From an uncultured Nitrospiraceae bacterium (GTDB lineage: Bacteria > Nitrospirota > Nitrospiria > Nitrospirales > Nitrospiraceae): 64,000 nucleotides of DNA. Location: positions 512,001 to 576,000 of the forward strand of contig CAVSTP010000002.1 of NCBI GenBank assembly GCA_963730935.1. The letters are read 5' to 3'. Positions 1 through 10,907 of the stretch are shown piece after piece. How positions within the stretch are numbered: the stretch's first letter is position 1; every line of letters starts with the position of its first letter. The notes beneath the pieces were generated by a model. The model saw only the letters and a list, made by a program, of their open reading frames with translations, ran no database searches and had not been told where the DNA came from. Both the position numbers and the translations under genes were made by a program.

Positions 1-7
1 GGCGACC

Positions 8-1885
8 ATGAAAAAAATTCTCATCGGTCTGTTCATCGTTATCGTCTTTGTCATCGCCGGTCTGCTCGCGCTTCCGTTTCTCGTCGATCTCGCCTCTTAT
101 CAAGATCAATACAAACCGCTCATCGAAGACGCGCTGAACCGGAAAATCGAACTGCAGAGTATCCGGCTGACAATCTGGCCGCGCATCGGTGCCCGAGTCG
201 TCGGATTCACGGTCATGGACGATCCGTCCTTCAGCGCAACTCCCTTTGCTTCCTTGAGTTCGCTCGACGTCGGTGTGAAGTTGCTGCCGCTGCTCAGCAA
301 ACAGGTCGAGATCGAAGAAATTACGTTGCGCAATCCGCTGATTACTGTGATCAAGAACAAGGATGGGATCACAAACCTTTCTACGCTGGGACCACGGACG
401 GCGGCTCCCGCCGTGCCAGAGAAGCCTCAGCCGCAACAGGGCGATCCGCTGCAAGCCCTTGCTCTTCTCGCTGTCGATCGCGTTTCGATCGACGGGGGGA
501 CGCTGATCTACCATGATCTCTCAGCCGCCGCCAAGGCGGAATATCAGATCCAAGATCTCGCCTTTCACCTGACCTCGGTCCATCTCGGCGAGACGCCCAC
601 CGTACATCTCAATGCGACGGTCCAGCCGCATGGGGTTCCTGTCACGCTCGATGGGCGCTTCGGACCGTTGACACAAACGCTTGAGATCCAGGGATACGAT
701 TTCACGGTGGGAATCGGCAAAACTGCGCTTCGCGTAAGCGGCGCATTGCTTGGGGGAAAATTGGAAGCGACCCTTTCCGCTCCATCGATCAGTTCCGCCG
801 ATCTGCCGGTCGCTCTGCCGTTGACCAAGCCAGTGGAGATCAGGGACCTGCATGTCGTCGCTCACGCGCCCTATCCGCTGAGGCAGGGAGTCTCCGCTAT
901 GGAACTGGCGGATGTTTCAGATCTCGGCCTCAAGATCCACACGGGCGGCTCGGCGCTGGATGTGAAAGGCACGTTGCTGGCGGGTCACGCCAAGGTGATG
1001 ATGACATCGCCGTCGATCAATACGGTTGACCTCCCTGTCGACACAGGCTTGAAGAAGCCGGTTGAGCTGAAGAATTTTGAAGTCAACGCCGATCTCAAAG
1101 GACAGGACGCTCGGCTCTCCAACCTTTCCTTTCAACTTTTCAACGGGGACGCGAAAGCCCAGGGAGGCATGGCGCTGGGCTCGGCTTCACCACCTTTCAA
1201 CGGGAAGGTGTTGATCCGAGGCCTGCAACTCAAGCCTGTACTCGAGGTGCTGAGTCCGGACAGCAAGCTCTCGATGAGCGGAACCGCGGCAGCCGACCTC
1301 GCGGTCGCCGGTCGCGGCTTTTCGATGCCCGATCTGACAAAAGCGCTGGAGGGACCTGGTCATGTCGAAGTCAAAGAGGGCAAACTCGAAGGAGTGAACC
1401 TCACGGAAGAAGCCGTCGCGCTGTTGAAAGTCGCGGGCGTCTCGCTCGATCAGGCGAAAGCCACAGCCTTTTCGACGCTCGAAACCGATTTCATGATCAA
1501 GCAAGGCATCGTCAACATCCACCGGCTACTGGCGGACAGCCACGATTTTCAGGCGACGGGCAATGGAACGGTAGGGTTCGATCAACGCTTGAATCTCGCT
1601 GTGAATCTGAATCACACCCAGGCGATGAGCCAGAAAATTGCCGGGGTATCGTCTTTGGCCAAGATGGCGATGAAAGATGGACGGCTTCGAGTTCCGCTTC
1701 TCATCACCGGGACAGTGCAGAATCCTTCTTATGCCTTGGATACCAAAGCGTTCACTGGAAAGATCCAAGAACAGGTGCAGGAAAAAGCGAAGAGCGCGGT
1801 CGAAGGACTACTCCAAGGCACAACCACACCGTCCGATCTCAAGAAGGAAGGTGAAAATCTGCTGAAGGGATTGCTCGGACGCTAG
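8..1885 (+). CDS. AsmA family protein
   Basis: 625 aa; N-terminal TM anchor, repeated beta-rich segments, AsmA-like C-terminus (GxGxVGFDQxLNL...VPLLITGTVQNP). Confidence 0.85.
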   Translation: MKKILIGLFIVIVFVIAGLLALPFLVDLASYQDQYKPLIEDALNRKIELQSIRLTIWPRIGARVVGFTVMDDPSFSATPFASLSSLDVGVKLLPLLSKQVEIEEITLRNPLITVIKNKDGITNLSTLGPRTAAPAVPEKPQPQQGDPLQALALLAVDRVSIDGGTLIYHDLSAAAKAEYQIQDLAFHLTSVHLGETPTVHLNATVQPHGVPVTLDGRFGPLTQTLEIQGYDFTVGIGKTALRVSGALLGGKLEATLSAPSISSADLPVALPLTKPVEIRDLHVVAHAPYPLRQGVSAMELADVSDLGLKIHTGGSALDVKGTLLAGHAKVMMTSPSINTVDLPVDTGLKKPVELKNFEVNADLKGQDARLSNLSFQLFNGDAKAQGGMALGSASPPFNGKVLIRGLQLKPVLEVLSPDSKLSMSGTAAADLAVAGRGFSMPDLTKALEGPGHVEVKEGKLEGVNLTEEAVALLKVAGVSLDQAKATAFSTLETDFMIKQGIVNIHRLLADSHDFQATGNGTVGFDQRLNLAVNLNHTQAMSQKIAGVSSLAKMAMKDGRLRVPLLITGTVQNPSYALDTKAFTGKIQEQVQEKAKSAVEGLLQGTTTPSDLKKEGENLLKGLLGR

Positions 1886-2068
1886 CACGCTTCTCACTTG
1901 ATGAGGCGCGGTCGCTCCACACTGTATGCTTCAACCTCCACATCCTGCATGGACAGACTTCGCGATTGCCAAGCCGCAGGCATTCGGTTATACAACTAAG
2001 CTATTTTTTGAATCCTGCTGAACTCAACGCCCGGATATCGTGGCCTGGTCCTGGATGGAGGGAGGTCG

Positions 2069-3160
2069 ATGCGGACGCGTTGTTGGATTCTGCTGATGGT
2101 CTTCATGTTCCTGACGGGACTCACCGCGCACGCAGCAGAGGAAGCGCCTGCCGCTGCCGCGCCGATCGACACGGTGACGTTGAGGGACGGAAGCGTCATC
2201 TATGGGGAAGTCCTGGAGATGGACGGCGGGATCCTCTTCTTGAAGAACCCGGCCAACCCGGACAACCTGATCAAACTCAAATGGGACAATGTGGCCAAGC
2301 TCGCGGTCACCCATCCGATTCCTTTTCACTTGAAAGAGGGCACGGTGCTGAACGGGACCGCAACGGCCGGCCCCGATGGAATGCTGGTCATTCACGCCGA
2401 GCCCCTCAAGGGCACGATGGAAGTGCCGATGAGCGACGTCAAGTCCGTTAATCCCCTGATTCAGCCGTCGGTGATCTACGTCGGGAACCTCACCGGCGGC
2501 TATTCGCAAACGACGGGCAACAGCCACTTGCGCAATGCCAGTCTGATCGGCGAACTGGTCGCTCGGGGCGATCTGCTGCGGCTCACCATGAACGTTCGGT
2601 ATGTGTACGGCGACGACTCAGGCGCGCTCCTCACCAGGAACGCTAAAGCCACCATTAAGCTGGACTTCTTCATCACGAAGCGACTGTTCTGGTTCACGTC
2701 GGCCTACTTTGAAAACGATCGATTCCAGGATCTCAAATTGAGAACCGCGCTCGCCAGCGGCCCCGGTTATCAGTGGGTCGACCGGGAAGACTACCCGGGT
2801 ATTTGGAAGGACATGACGCTCTACACGGAAGCCGGGTTGGCGTATTTCAATGAAGATTTCACCACCACAGGAGATACGTCGAGTGTCCGGGCTCGTATCT
2901 CGGTCAAGTGGAATTGGCCGTTTTTCGATGAAGGCATTACCATCTATCACTTCAGTGAATTGTTTCCCTCTCTCCAAAATATGTCCGATGTGTTTATGAC
3001 GATGGACAACGGAGTCCGGTTTAAGCTCTGGAAAGGGCTCGTCAGCAGCTTCCAGATCACGACCCGCTACAACAGCCGTCCGGCGCCGGGCACCGGCGAC
3101 ACCGACAATCTCTATCTCATCACGCTCGGATACGCGTTCGATACCACGAGGAAACGCTAA
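2069..3160 (+). CDS. DUF481/YdiY-like outer-membrane beta-barrel protein with N-terminal extra domain
   Basis: Signal peptide, [14 protein letters not shown]-domain, GYSQTTGNS and alternating beta-strands ending LGYAF; GGAGG RBS. Confidence 0.75.
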   Translation: MRTRCWILLMVFMFLTGLTAHAAEEAPAAAAPIDTVTLRDGSVIYGEVLEMDGGILFLKNPANPDNLIKLKWDNVAKLAVTHPIPFHLKEGTVLNGTATAGPDGMLVIHAEPLKGTMEVPMSDVKSVNPLIQPSVIYVGNLTGGYSQTTGNSHLRNASLIGELVARGDLLRLTMNVRYVYGDDSGALLTRNAKATIKLDFFITKRLFWFTSAYFENDRFQDLKLRTALASGPGYQWVDREDYPGIWKDMTLYTEAGLAYFNEDFTTTGDTSSVRARISVKWNWPFFDEGITIYHFSELFPSLQNMSDVFMTMDNGVRFKLWKGLVSSFQITTRYNSRPAPGTGDTDNLYLITLGYAFDTTRKR

Positions 3161-3197
3161 ACGACTGCCGTTCACTCTTCTTCCCAAAGGAGGACGT

Positions 3198-3626
3198 ATG
3201 TTGAAAGAGTTTAAAGAGTTCGCGATGAAGGGCAATGTCCTCGACATGGCTATCGGAGTGATCATCGGGGGGGCATTTGGCAAGATCATCACATCGCTGG
3301 TGAGCGATGTCCTGATGCCGCCTCTCGGCCTGCTCTTGGGCAAGGTCGATTTTTCAAGCCTGTTTCTCAATCTGTCGGGGACTCCTCAGCCCTCGCTCGC
3401 AGCGGCCAAGGCGGCCGGAGCTCCCACCGTCAACTACGGTGTGTTTCTGCAGACCGTGTTGGATTTCATCATCATCGCGTTCGTGATCTTCATGCTCGTG
3501 AGGCAAGTGAACCGGCTCAAGACGCCGGCCGCCCCTTCTGCTCCGACCACCAAAGACTGTCCCTTATGCCTATCCACCATTCCGATCAAGGCGACGAAGT
3601 GTGCGCATTGCACGTCAGCAGTCTGA
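3198..3626 (+). CDS. mscL: Large-conductance mechanosensitive channel
   Basis: [30 protein letters not shown] signature; NYGVFL TM2; C-terminal CxxC...CxxC; AGGAGG RBS. Confidence 0.97.
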   Translation: MLKEFKEFAMKGNVLDMAIGVIIGGAFGKIITSLVSDVLMPPLGLLLGKVDFSSLFLNLSGTPQPSLAAAKAAGAPTVNYGVFLQTVLDFIIIAFVIFMLVRQVNRLKTPAAPSAPTTKDCPLCLSTIPIKATKCAHCTSAV

Positions 3627-3672
3627 AAATGACTGATCGGCTCCAGCTTTACCAACACCGTAAGGAGAAGTT

Positions 3673-3873
3673 ATGTGGGAGCGTCTCGCCCGAATCGTGC
3701 TTGCTCTGATTGCGGTCGGTACCGTCGCCGGTTGTAGCGGTCAGAAGATCCCGACCGGCGGGTTGAGCGCCGTCACAACGCACGGTTACTCAGAGACTCG
3801 GCCCGTGATGCCGAACACCACCGATGCCGGGCGGACCAAAAACCGACGGGTCGAAGTACTGGTCACGAGGTAA
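3673..3873 (+). pseudogene. Internally deleted OmpA-family lipoprotein remnant or mini-protein
   Basis: AAGGAG RBS; lipobox VAGC followed closely by the OmpA C-terminal motif GYSETRPVMPNTTDAGRTKNRRVEV. Confidence 0.6.
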
Positions 3874-3925
3874 GCGATTCAGTCCCGGAGGCTGGGGCGA
3901 CACGCGCGCCTGGCTCCTTGGACAA

Positions 3926-5170
3926 TCAGTGCTTGCAGAGCTGTTGTTCGGCAGCACCGGCATTGGCCGAGCCTGCGACGGTCGAAAGGATCTTGTAGTG
4001 ACCTAACCCCAGTTCTTTCCCGTAGGCTTCCCCTACGAGCACATCCTGGACGTGTTGGTGGTCCGAAGCCCGGAAGACGGACTTACCCTCTTTCAGGCCG
4101 TCAAACTCATGGCCTTCGAGAGCCTTGATCAATGCGGCGGTCTCCGTGCTGCCGGCACGCTGCATGGCTTCAAGAATCTGGGTCATCGCGGCATACCCGA
4201 GATAACAGCGTGACGTGGGCGTATGGTTGTACTTGTCGATAACGCCCTGGATGAAACGCCTCGAACTGTCTGTATTGATCTTGGGATCCCAGATCAGTCC
4301 CCAGATTCCGGCGTTATTGGCGTAGCCGAGTGGACGGCCGATTTGCTCTCCGCCGATGAGTCCCCCGACGCCGATCTTTTCCTTCGCCATCTCCAGTTTT
4401 GCATAGCCCTTGAGCGCGTTGACGAGATCCCAGCCGTAGAGATTCAAAATGATCGCCGTGGCCTGTTTTGCTTTGGCCTCACTGAGTGCCGGCACAAAAT
4501 CCATCGCCCCGAACGGAGTCACCGTCTCACCGACAATGTCGACTTTCTGCGCTTGCGCAGCGTCGACGAGCGCCTGGGCGCAGGATTTTCCATCGATGGT
4601 GGATGCGGTGATCATATGCCAGCGCGAACCGTGGGCCTTCGCGAGATGCGGGACGACCGCATAGGCCAGCATGCGGGCATTGGGCATGAACACGAACGTG
4701 TGCGCATTGCACGCGGCACCGGTCAGTTCCGGGATGTGAGCGCCCGTCACCATGAAGAGCTTGTTTTCCTTTGCCGCCAACGCACTCACGGCGAGGGCGC
4801 AGTCGCCGTTGAACGTCCCCATGAGCGCATCGACGCGGTCTTCCTTGATGAACTTTGTGGCTACTTTGACGGCTTGGTCCGGGTTCGAAGCGTCATCGGC
4901 TTCTAGAATGGCCACAGGCCGCCCCAGCACACCACCTTTCTTATTGAACAAATCGACCGCAACGTTGGCCCCATGAACGTCGTGAATGGACGAGGTCTTG
5001 TAGGGGCTGGATAATGGATCAAGGATGCCGATTTTAATGGGTTCATCTGCATGGGCCACCCGAACGCCGAAATCGATGAGCGGTCCACGGCCGACCAGGC
5101 TTCCAAGCGCCAGACTTCCGCCGGTCATTGCCGTCCACTGCAAGAAGCGCCTGCGTGACATCTGTGGCAT
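3926..5170 (-). CDS. ABC-type branched-chain amino acid/amide substrate-binding protein, Tat-exported
   Basis: SRRRFLQ twin-arginine signal; PIKIG, NKKGGVLGRPV, DDASNP motifs of the LivJ-like family. Confidence 0.85.
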   Translation of the reverse strand: MPQMSRRRFLQWTAMTGGSLALGSLVGRGPLIDFGVRVAHADEPIKIGILDPLSSPYKTSSIHDVHGANVAVDLFNKKGGVLGRPVAILEADDASNPDQAVKVATKFIKEDRVDALMGTFNGDCALAVSALAAKENKLFMVTGAHIPELTGAACNAHTFVFMPNARMLAYAVVPHLAKAHGSRWHMITASTIDGKSCAQALVDAAQAQKVDIVGETVTPFGAMDFVPALSEAKAKQATAIILNLYGWDLVNALKGYAKLEMAKEKIGVGGLIGGEQIGRPLGYANNAGIWGLIWDPKINTDSSRRFIQGVIDKYNHTPTSRCYLGYAAMTQILEAMQRAGSTETAALIKALEGHEFDGLKEGKSVFRASDHQHVQDVLVGEAYGKELGLGHYKILSTVAGSANAGAAEQQLCKH

Positions 5171-5344
5171 AGTGCCTGTCTCCTCTTAGGTGAAAATCTT
5201 GAGAGCTGTTTGCGGCCCCATGATTTCACAATTTCCGCCGTGTCTCAAGCGTGCATACGTATCTTCACGGATTCCTTCAAATTAAACGACACCAGGGGCG
5301 ATGCAGGCGGCAAAGGGAGGACCGCGCGGAACACCCACTGCGTT

Positions 5345-6427
5345 CTAACTGTATTGGTCTTCCGTATAGACTTGCTTGATGGCCCAGAACACCGCTTCTT
5401 TGAGCTTCTTGATCTGGGGATCGGGAGGGTCCTTCCGGATTTTTTGGAGCTTCTTGTCGAGATCAAATAGGGGTTGGACTGATCGCCGGTCAGGCACTCT
5501 CCCCAGCGCCCACGCGATTTCCGTTTGAACCGTAATGTCGACGCCCGGCGCATCCAACATCTCGAGAAGCGGAGGCACGACCGACGAGTCGTTGTGTGTG
5601 TTCCCCAAATCTCCCAATCCCTTGGCGGCGGCGGCCTGAAGCTCCGGCTGTTTTGAATGTTTCAGAATATCGACAAGAATCGGAATTCCATCTTTGCCCA
5701 TGCTGCCCAACGCCACGGCCGCCTCTTTGGAAAGGTTCTTGTCTTTGAGCATCGCCTTCAGCTTCGGCAGCGCTTCATCTGCTTGCATTTCACCCAGCAA
5801 CGAGATGATTTTGATCTTGCGCACCTGCGGTGTATCGGCGGCATCCAACAGTTTCAGCAATCGATCAGGATGCCCCCATTCAGCGGCCAGCAAGACGGGG
5901 AAATCATACTGCTCGAGCTTTTCCCGCAATTTGGTCATCGCATACGCGCCGGGGTCTCCAGCATTCGCGGACAGCGCTGCCGCGGCTGCATCTTCGAAAT
6001 CGGTCCGGACCTCCTTTTGCCACTTGATCTTTGTCTCACCCAAGAGATACGTGAGCTGACAGGCTGGCCCTTTCCAGAGACGAGAGGGAGCGTCGGGGAG
6101 ATCTGCATCACCGCCGGCAGCGGTAGTCCCTTCCCATGTCTTGCGCTGCTCGCATTTGAGCTTGAAGGTCGCATCGTGAGGCTTGGCGGCGTCCCGGACG
6201 ACGGTATACCCCAATTCAGACAACCGACGTGACGCGACATCCGCCAGGGGGGCGGCGTCGACGGGGCCTTTGTCGGTCAGAGCGATCACCTCGACAAGGA
6301 CCGTCTGAATCTTCTCGAGCTGTGCTTTTTGCTCGGAAGTTAAGTAGTCACGATAGGCTTCGGCGGGAGAAGAAAATGCGGCCGAACCGATCAACGCCAG
6401 GATGGAGAGCAGGAAGCCGATGCGCAT
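5345..6427 (-). CDS. Exported HEAT-repeat protein
   Basis: Signal peptide; C-terminal HEAT/PBS-lyase repeats (AAVALGSMG, AAAKGLGDLG, IAWALGRV). Confidence 0.75.
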   Translation of the reverse strand: MRIGFLLSILALIGSAAFSSPAEAYRDYLTSEQKAQLEKIQTVLVEVIALTDKGPVDAAPLADVASRRLSELGYTVVRDAAKPHDATFKLKCEQRKTWEGTTAAGGDADLPDAPSRLWKGPACQLTYLLGETKIKWQKEVRTDFEDAAAAALSANAGDPGAYAMTKLREKLEQYDFPVLLAAEWGHPDRLLKLLDAADTPQVRKIKIISLLGEMQADEALPKLKAMLKDKNLSKEAAVALGSMGKDGIPILVDILKHSKQPELQAAAAKGLGDLGNTHNDSSVVPPLLEMLDAPGVDITVQTEIAWALGRVPDRRSVQPLFDLDKKLQKIRKDPPDPQIKKLKEAVFWAIKQVYTEDQYS

Positions 6428-6610
6428 AGTGCACCCCTACCGTTACACTGGCAAGACAACGCCGGTGTCATGATGTGCTACATTATACCGGCCACCAGGA
6501 TTCGAGGCTACTTTTCAATGCCTTGCCGCCGGTCCGGTGAATCGATTGGTCTTCGCGAATCGGACAATTATGTGACAGCAAATCTCCGGTCCTCCCCGCA
6601 GGAGTATGGG

Positions 6611-6640
6611 TTGACAGTTGGGCGCATCCAACGGTACAAA
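6611..6640 (+). promoter_or_regulatory. Putative sigma70 promoter for tRNA-Leu/tig
   Basis: TTGACA-18 bp-TACAAA upstream of the tRNA. Confidence 0.5.
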
Positions 6641-6711
6641 ATAGCAGCATCGCCGTGTAGTTGCGTCTGTTTGCTGACTCGACTGGAACCCATTGCAGTG
6701 CTCCCCGCCGT

Positions 6712-6794
6712 GCGAGAGTGGCGGAACTGGCAGACGCGCGAGACTTAGGATCTCGTGGGCAACCGTGGGGGTTCAAGTCCCCCCTCTCGCACCA
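6712..6794 (+). tRNA. tRNA-Leu (anticodon TAG)
   Basis: Acceptor stem GCGAGAG/CTCTCGC, anticodon arm CGAGA-CTTAGGA-TCTCG, long variable arm, GTTCAAGTC T-loop, encoded ACCA. Confidence 0.96.
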
Positions 6795-6858
6795 CCCCTT
6801 ATCATCCGACAGTGGGCAACGAGTTGTGTCGGTAACCCAAAAGGAAATCACGCGTCAG

Positions 6859-8172
6859 ATGAAAATGGAAGTGACCGAGCTCGGCCCAATGAAGCGGGCT
6901 CTCAAGATCGAGGTGCCGGTTGAGGAGGTGGCGCAGCGTTTCGTACAGGCCTATAAGGAGCTCAACCGGCAGGTCCGGGTGCCGGGGTTCCGGCCTGGTA
7001 AAGCGCCGCAGGCCCTGCTCGAGCAACGCTATGCCAAAGCCGTGGAAGAGGATGTCGTTCGCAGTCTCGTCCCGGACTATTACGACCGTGCCGTCCGTCA
7101 AGCGGGCATCTCACCCGTCTTGGTTGAAATTCCCCCTCTCGAACGCGTAAAGATCAAACGAGACGCCCCCTTTACGTTCACCGCCACAGTCGAAATCAAG
7201 CCCAAGATCGAGCTGCGGGACTACAAAGCGCCGAATCCCATTTCTCTGAAGCCCGATACACGCACCGTGACCGAAGAACAGCTGGCAAAGGGCATGAACG
7301 TCCTGCGCGAGCAACATGCAAGGCTCGAGGCGCCGCCTTCCGGCCACAAAGCGGCAGAGGGAGATTTCGTGATCCTCTCCGTGGAAGGCTTCCTCGACGG
7401 ACAGCCGCTGGAGGGCAGCAAGAAGACGGGCCATCTCCACAAGGTTGGCTCGAAGGCGTCGGTGTTGGGTCTCGAAGTCGATCAACACGTCCTCGGCCGG
7501 GCCGAAGGCGACACGGTCGAAATTTCTCAACCCTATCCTCCAAGCCATCCCGATGTACGCGTGGCCGGCAAAACTGTACTGTTCAAGGTCACGGTGAACG
7601 CCGTCAAGATCAAGACACTGCCGGCCTTGGATGATGAATTCGCGAAGGATTGCGGGGCGTATGCCTCCCTCGCGGAGTTACAAGACCGGTTGCGCACGGA
7701 AATGGAAAAGGCGCTCAAGCGGGAGATCGAAGAGGGGTATAAAGACACCATCATCAAGCGTCTGGTTGAAACACATCATTTTGATCTTCCGGAAACGCTG
7801 GTCGAACGAGAGCTGGAAGCGATCATCCGTCAATACCTCCAACAGCGCCAGCGTCGAGGGGGCGAAGGCGCCTCGGCGCTTGAAACGTCCGACCTCGCCA
7901 CATTGCGCCAGGAGAACCGCGAGGAAGCCGCCCGTCGCGTCAAGGTCGGCCTCATCCTCGAGACGGTCGCAGAGAAAGAACAACTGACGGTGAGCCAGGA
8001 AGACCTGGACAATGAAATTCACCGCCTGGCTTCAGAGTTGAAGATCGGGCAGCCGGAATTGGTGAAAATGATCCAGGCTGGCGGACAGGATTCGATTGAG
8101 GAATTACGGGCGCGCATCTTGGCGGAGAAGTCCCTGGATTTCGTTTATCGGAACGCCATGATTCAAAAGTAG
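6859..8172 (+). CDS. tig: Trigger factor
   Basis: VPGFRPGKAP ribosome-binding motif; tig-clpP-clpX synteny; start moved to ATG 6859 because the longer ORF overlaps the tRNA. Confidence 0.96.
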   Translation: MKMEVTELGPMKRALKIEVPVEEVAQRFVQAYKELNRQVRVPGFRPGKAPQALLEQRYAKAVEEDVVRSLVPDYYDRAVRQAGISPVLVEIPPLERVKIKRDAPFTFTATVEIKPKIELRDYKAPNPISLKPDTRTVTEEQLAKGMNVLREQHARLEAPPSGHKAAEGDFVILSVEGFLDGQPLEGSKKTGHLHKVGSKASVLGLEVDQHVLGRAEGDTVEISQPYPPSHPDVRVAGKTVLFKVTVNAVKIKTLPALDDEFAKDCGAYASLAELQDRLRTEMEKALKREIEEGYKDTIIKRLVETHHFDLPETLVERELEAIIRQYLQQRQRRGGEGASALETSDLATLRQENREEAARRVKVGLILETVAEKEQLTVSQEDLDNEIHRLASELKIGQPELVKMIQAGGQDSIEELRARILAEKSLDFVYRNAMIQK

Positions 8173-8226
8173 CGCTCCAGGCCCGACCTCGGGTCTTGTG
8201 TCACTTCAGGAAAGGAAAACACCTGC

Positions 8227-8853
8227 ATGTTAGTTCCCATTGTCGTTGAGCAAACCAATCGAGGCGAGCGGGCCTATGACATCTATTCACGGCTCCTGAA
8301 GGATCGCATCATTTTCCTGGGGGCGCCGATCGACGATGTGTTTGCCAACCTCGTCATCGCACAGCTGCTGTTCTTGGAGGCTGAGGATCCTGAGAAGGAC
8401 ATCAATCTCTATGTCAACTCTCCTGGCGGCAGCGTCACGGCCGGACTGGGCATCTATGACACGATGCAGTACGTGAAGCCGCCCATCAATACGATCTGCC
8501 TGGGCCAAGCCGCCAGCATGGGAGCACTCTTATTGACGGCTGGAACGAAAGGGAAGCGGTTTGCGCTTCCCAATGCGCGCGTCATGATTCACCAACCGCT
8601 GGGGGGATTCCAGGGACAGGCGACCGAGATCGACATTCATGCGAGAGAAATTCTCAAGATCCGCGAACGGCTCAATGAAATCATGGCCAAGCATACGGGG
8701 CAGCCCATCGAAAAGATCGCGCACGATACAGAGCGTGACTACTTCATGTCGGGGGAGGAAGCGAAGCGGTACGGCCTGATCGACGAAGTGATCACACGGG
8801 CGCCCAAATCGTTGAAGGTGGCGTCGGACAAGGACGGGGCCAAGGACAAGTAA
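8227..8853 (+). CDS. clpP: ATP-dependent Clp protease proteolytic subunit
   Basis: [27 protein letters not shown] (catalytic Ser), MIHQP. Confidence 0.98.
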   Translation: MLVPIVVEQTNRGERAYDIYSRLLKDRIIFLGAPIDDVFANLVIAQLLFLEAEDPEKDINLYVNSPGGSVTAGLGIYDTMQYVKPPINTICLGQAASMGALLLTAGTKGKRFALPNARVMIHQPLGGFQGQATEIDIHAREILKIRERLNEIMAKHTGQPIEKIAHDTERDYFMSGEEAKRYGLIDEVITRAPKSLKVASDKDGAKDK

Positions 8854-8867
8854 TACCGGGAGGACGC

Positions 8868-10124
8868 ATGGCCAAGCAGGAAAAGATGGATCGTCACCTT
8901 CGCTGTTCGTTCTGCGGGAAAAGCCGCGACGAAGTCCGCAAACTCATCGCAGGACCGACGGTCTACATTTGCGACGAATGTGTCAATCTGTGCAACGACA
9001 TCATTGCCGAAGATTGGGAGGAGGCGAAGGAAGAAATATCTTCCAAGCTCAAGAAACCTTCGGACATCAAGCATCACCTCGATCAGTACGTCGTCGGACA
9101 GGAGCGGGCCAAGAAAATTCTGTCGGTGGCAGTCCACAACCACTATAAGCGCATCTCTGCGAAGGAAAAAGACGTCGACGACGTGGAACTCCAGAAGGGC
9201 AACATCCTCATGGTGGGCCCGACCGGCACCGGAAAGACGTTGCTTGCCCAAACGCTGGCCAAGTATCTGGACGTACCCTTCACCCTCGCCGATGCGACGA
9301 CGCTCACCGAAGCCGGGTACGTCGGAGAGGATGTGGAAAACATCATCCTCAAGCTGCTCCAGGCGTCGGATTATGATGTGGAACGTGCCGAGCGCGGCAT
9401 CGTCTACATTGACGAGATTGATAAAATCAGCCGCAAGAGTGACAGTCCGTCGATTACCCGCGACGTGTCCGGCGAAGGGGTGCAGCAGGCGCTGCTCAAA
9501 CTCATCGAAGGTACCGTCGCCAACGTCCCTCCACAGGGTGGGCGCAAACACCCGCACCAGGAGTTCATTCAGGTCAACACAAGCAACATTCTTTTCATCT
9601 GCGGCGGAGCATTCGTCGGGCTGGAACAGATCATCGAACAGCGGTTGAATCGAAAGGCGATGGGGTTCGGCGCGGAAATACGAGGACGGGCCGACGTGCG
9701 GCTCGGCGAATTGTTCGAGCGCGTGCAGCCGGAGGATTTTCTGAAATATGGCCTCATTCCGGAATTCATCGGCCGGCTGCCGGTCGTCGCCACGCTGGAC
9801 GAACTCGACGAACGCGCCTTGATCAGGATTTTGACTGAGCCGAGAAATGCCCTGACCAAACAGTATGAAAAGCTCCTCTCGTTCGAAAAGGTGAAGCTCA
9901 AATTCACCGAAGGAGCACTCGGAGCGGTGGCCCGCAAGGCGTTCATCCAGAAGACCGGTGCCCGGGGTCTGCGGGCGATATTGGAAGAAGTCATGCTGGA
10001 TGTCATGTATGACGCGCCCTCGCAAAAGCAGATCAAAGAAGTCTTCATCACCGAGGATGCCATTCTTGGCAAGCATCCTCCCATCCGTATCTTCGAGCAG
10101 GACAAAGACATTAAGACCGCATAA
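8868..10124 (+). CDS. clpX: Clp protease ATP-binding subunit
   Basis: CSFCGK C4 zinc finger, Walker [29 protein letters not shown]. Confidence 0.98.
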   Translation: MAKQEKMDRHLRCSFCGKSRDEVRKLIAGPTVYICDECVNLCNDIIAEDWEEAKEEISSKLKKPSDIKHHLDQYVVGQERAKKILSVAVHNHYKRISAKEKDVDDVELQKGNILMVGPTGTGKTLLAQTLAKYLDVPFTLADATTLTEAGYVGEDVENIILKLLQASDYDVERAERGIVYIDEIDKISRKSDSPSITRDVSGEGVQQALLKLIEGTVANVPPQGGRKHPHQEFIQVNTSNILFICGGAFVGLEQIIEQRLNRKAMGFGAEIRGRADVRLGELFERVQPEDFLKYGLIPEFIGRLPVVATLDELDERALIRILTEPRNALTKQYEKLLSFEKVKLKFTEGALGAVARKAFIQKTGARGLRAILEEVMLDVMYDAPSQKQIKEVFITEDAILGKHPPIRIFEQDKDIKTA

Positions 10125-10155
10125 ACACTGGACATATCTCGCGCTTTCTCGGAAC

Positions 10156-10189
10156 CGGCCCGGCATCAGCCCCGGGCCGATTCTGTTTT
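10156..10189 (+). terminator. Intrinsic terminator after clpX
   Basis: Stem CGGCCCGG/CCGGGCCG followed by ATTCTGTTTT. Confidence 0.65.
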
Positions 10190-10342
10190 AGCGGCACGAT
10201 CACGAGTGGCTGCACAGCCGGCCGGTGGCATGAGGCACGTTGGGGCGCATGGCGCCGCTTGGCAGGTGCCGGATAACTCTCGGCTTTTTCTCGACAAGGT
10301 GAAACACTGCGCTATACTTGCCAGGGTGAGCTGGGAGGACGT

Positions 10343-10864
10343 GTGAAATATCCCGTGGTTTCAAGCCTGCGCCACAAAGGCAAGACGATTGAGTTGGATG
10401 CCACGCGGGAGATCATCACCCTCATCGGCATCAACGGTGAGGCGATGGGAAACCTGTCATGGGATTTCGTCATTGATCAGATTCTCGCCTATCGGAAACC
10501 CCCTGCTTCGCGAGAAGCCAGAACTGAACCGCGCGTCAGCTTGGCATTCCGGGTGAAATACAAGACCCCGGAGGGCCAGCAATTCGAAAGCCGGGCGGGC
10601 GGCATCGGTGGCGGCGGGCTCTTCATTGAAAGCCAATCACCCCTGCCGGTCGGCACCAAACTGTCGTTGGAATTTTCGCTGCCCGAGCATAGCAACGAAT
10701 GGCTGGCCGCGAAAGGCGTCGTGGCCTGGGTTTGTCCGAAAGCGGATCAGTACACGTTCAGTCCTGGAATGGGCGTCCGCTTCACCGATATCGCACCTGA
10801 CATCCGTAATCGAGTGCTCGAATTGGTGAAATCCTTACAGGAAGTCGGCCGCTCGGCCGCATGA
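10343..10864 (+). CDS. PilZ-domain protein (TIGR02266-like)
   Basis: RTEPR, GGLFIES...LPVGT..L.F.LP...G.VAW...GMGVRF pattern; GGAGG RBS. Confidence 0.8.
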   Translation: MKYPVVSSLRHKGKTIELDATREIITLIGINGEAMGNLSWDFVIDQILAYRKPPASREARTEPRVSLAFRVKYKTPEGQQFESRAGGIGGGGLFIESQSPLPVGTKLSLEFSLPEHSNEWLAAKGVVAWVCPKADQYTFSPGMGVRFTDIAPDIRNRVLELVKSLQEVGRSAA

Positions 10865-10907
10865 GCCGAATCGCGCGTCGCACCGTGTGCTTAGTGAGCA
10901 GAACCGC

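Noticed and set aside
6661..6858. N-terminal extension of tig in the ORF track
   Set aside because: Overlaps tRNA-Leu; the protein aligns from MKMEV at 6859.
8739..10166. 475-aa ORF antisense to clpX, and similar shadow ORFs opposite nuoG, nuoL, the M24 gene and tpsA
   Set aside because: Expected from high GC and codon bias opposite clear genes; no recognisable motifs.
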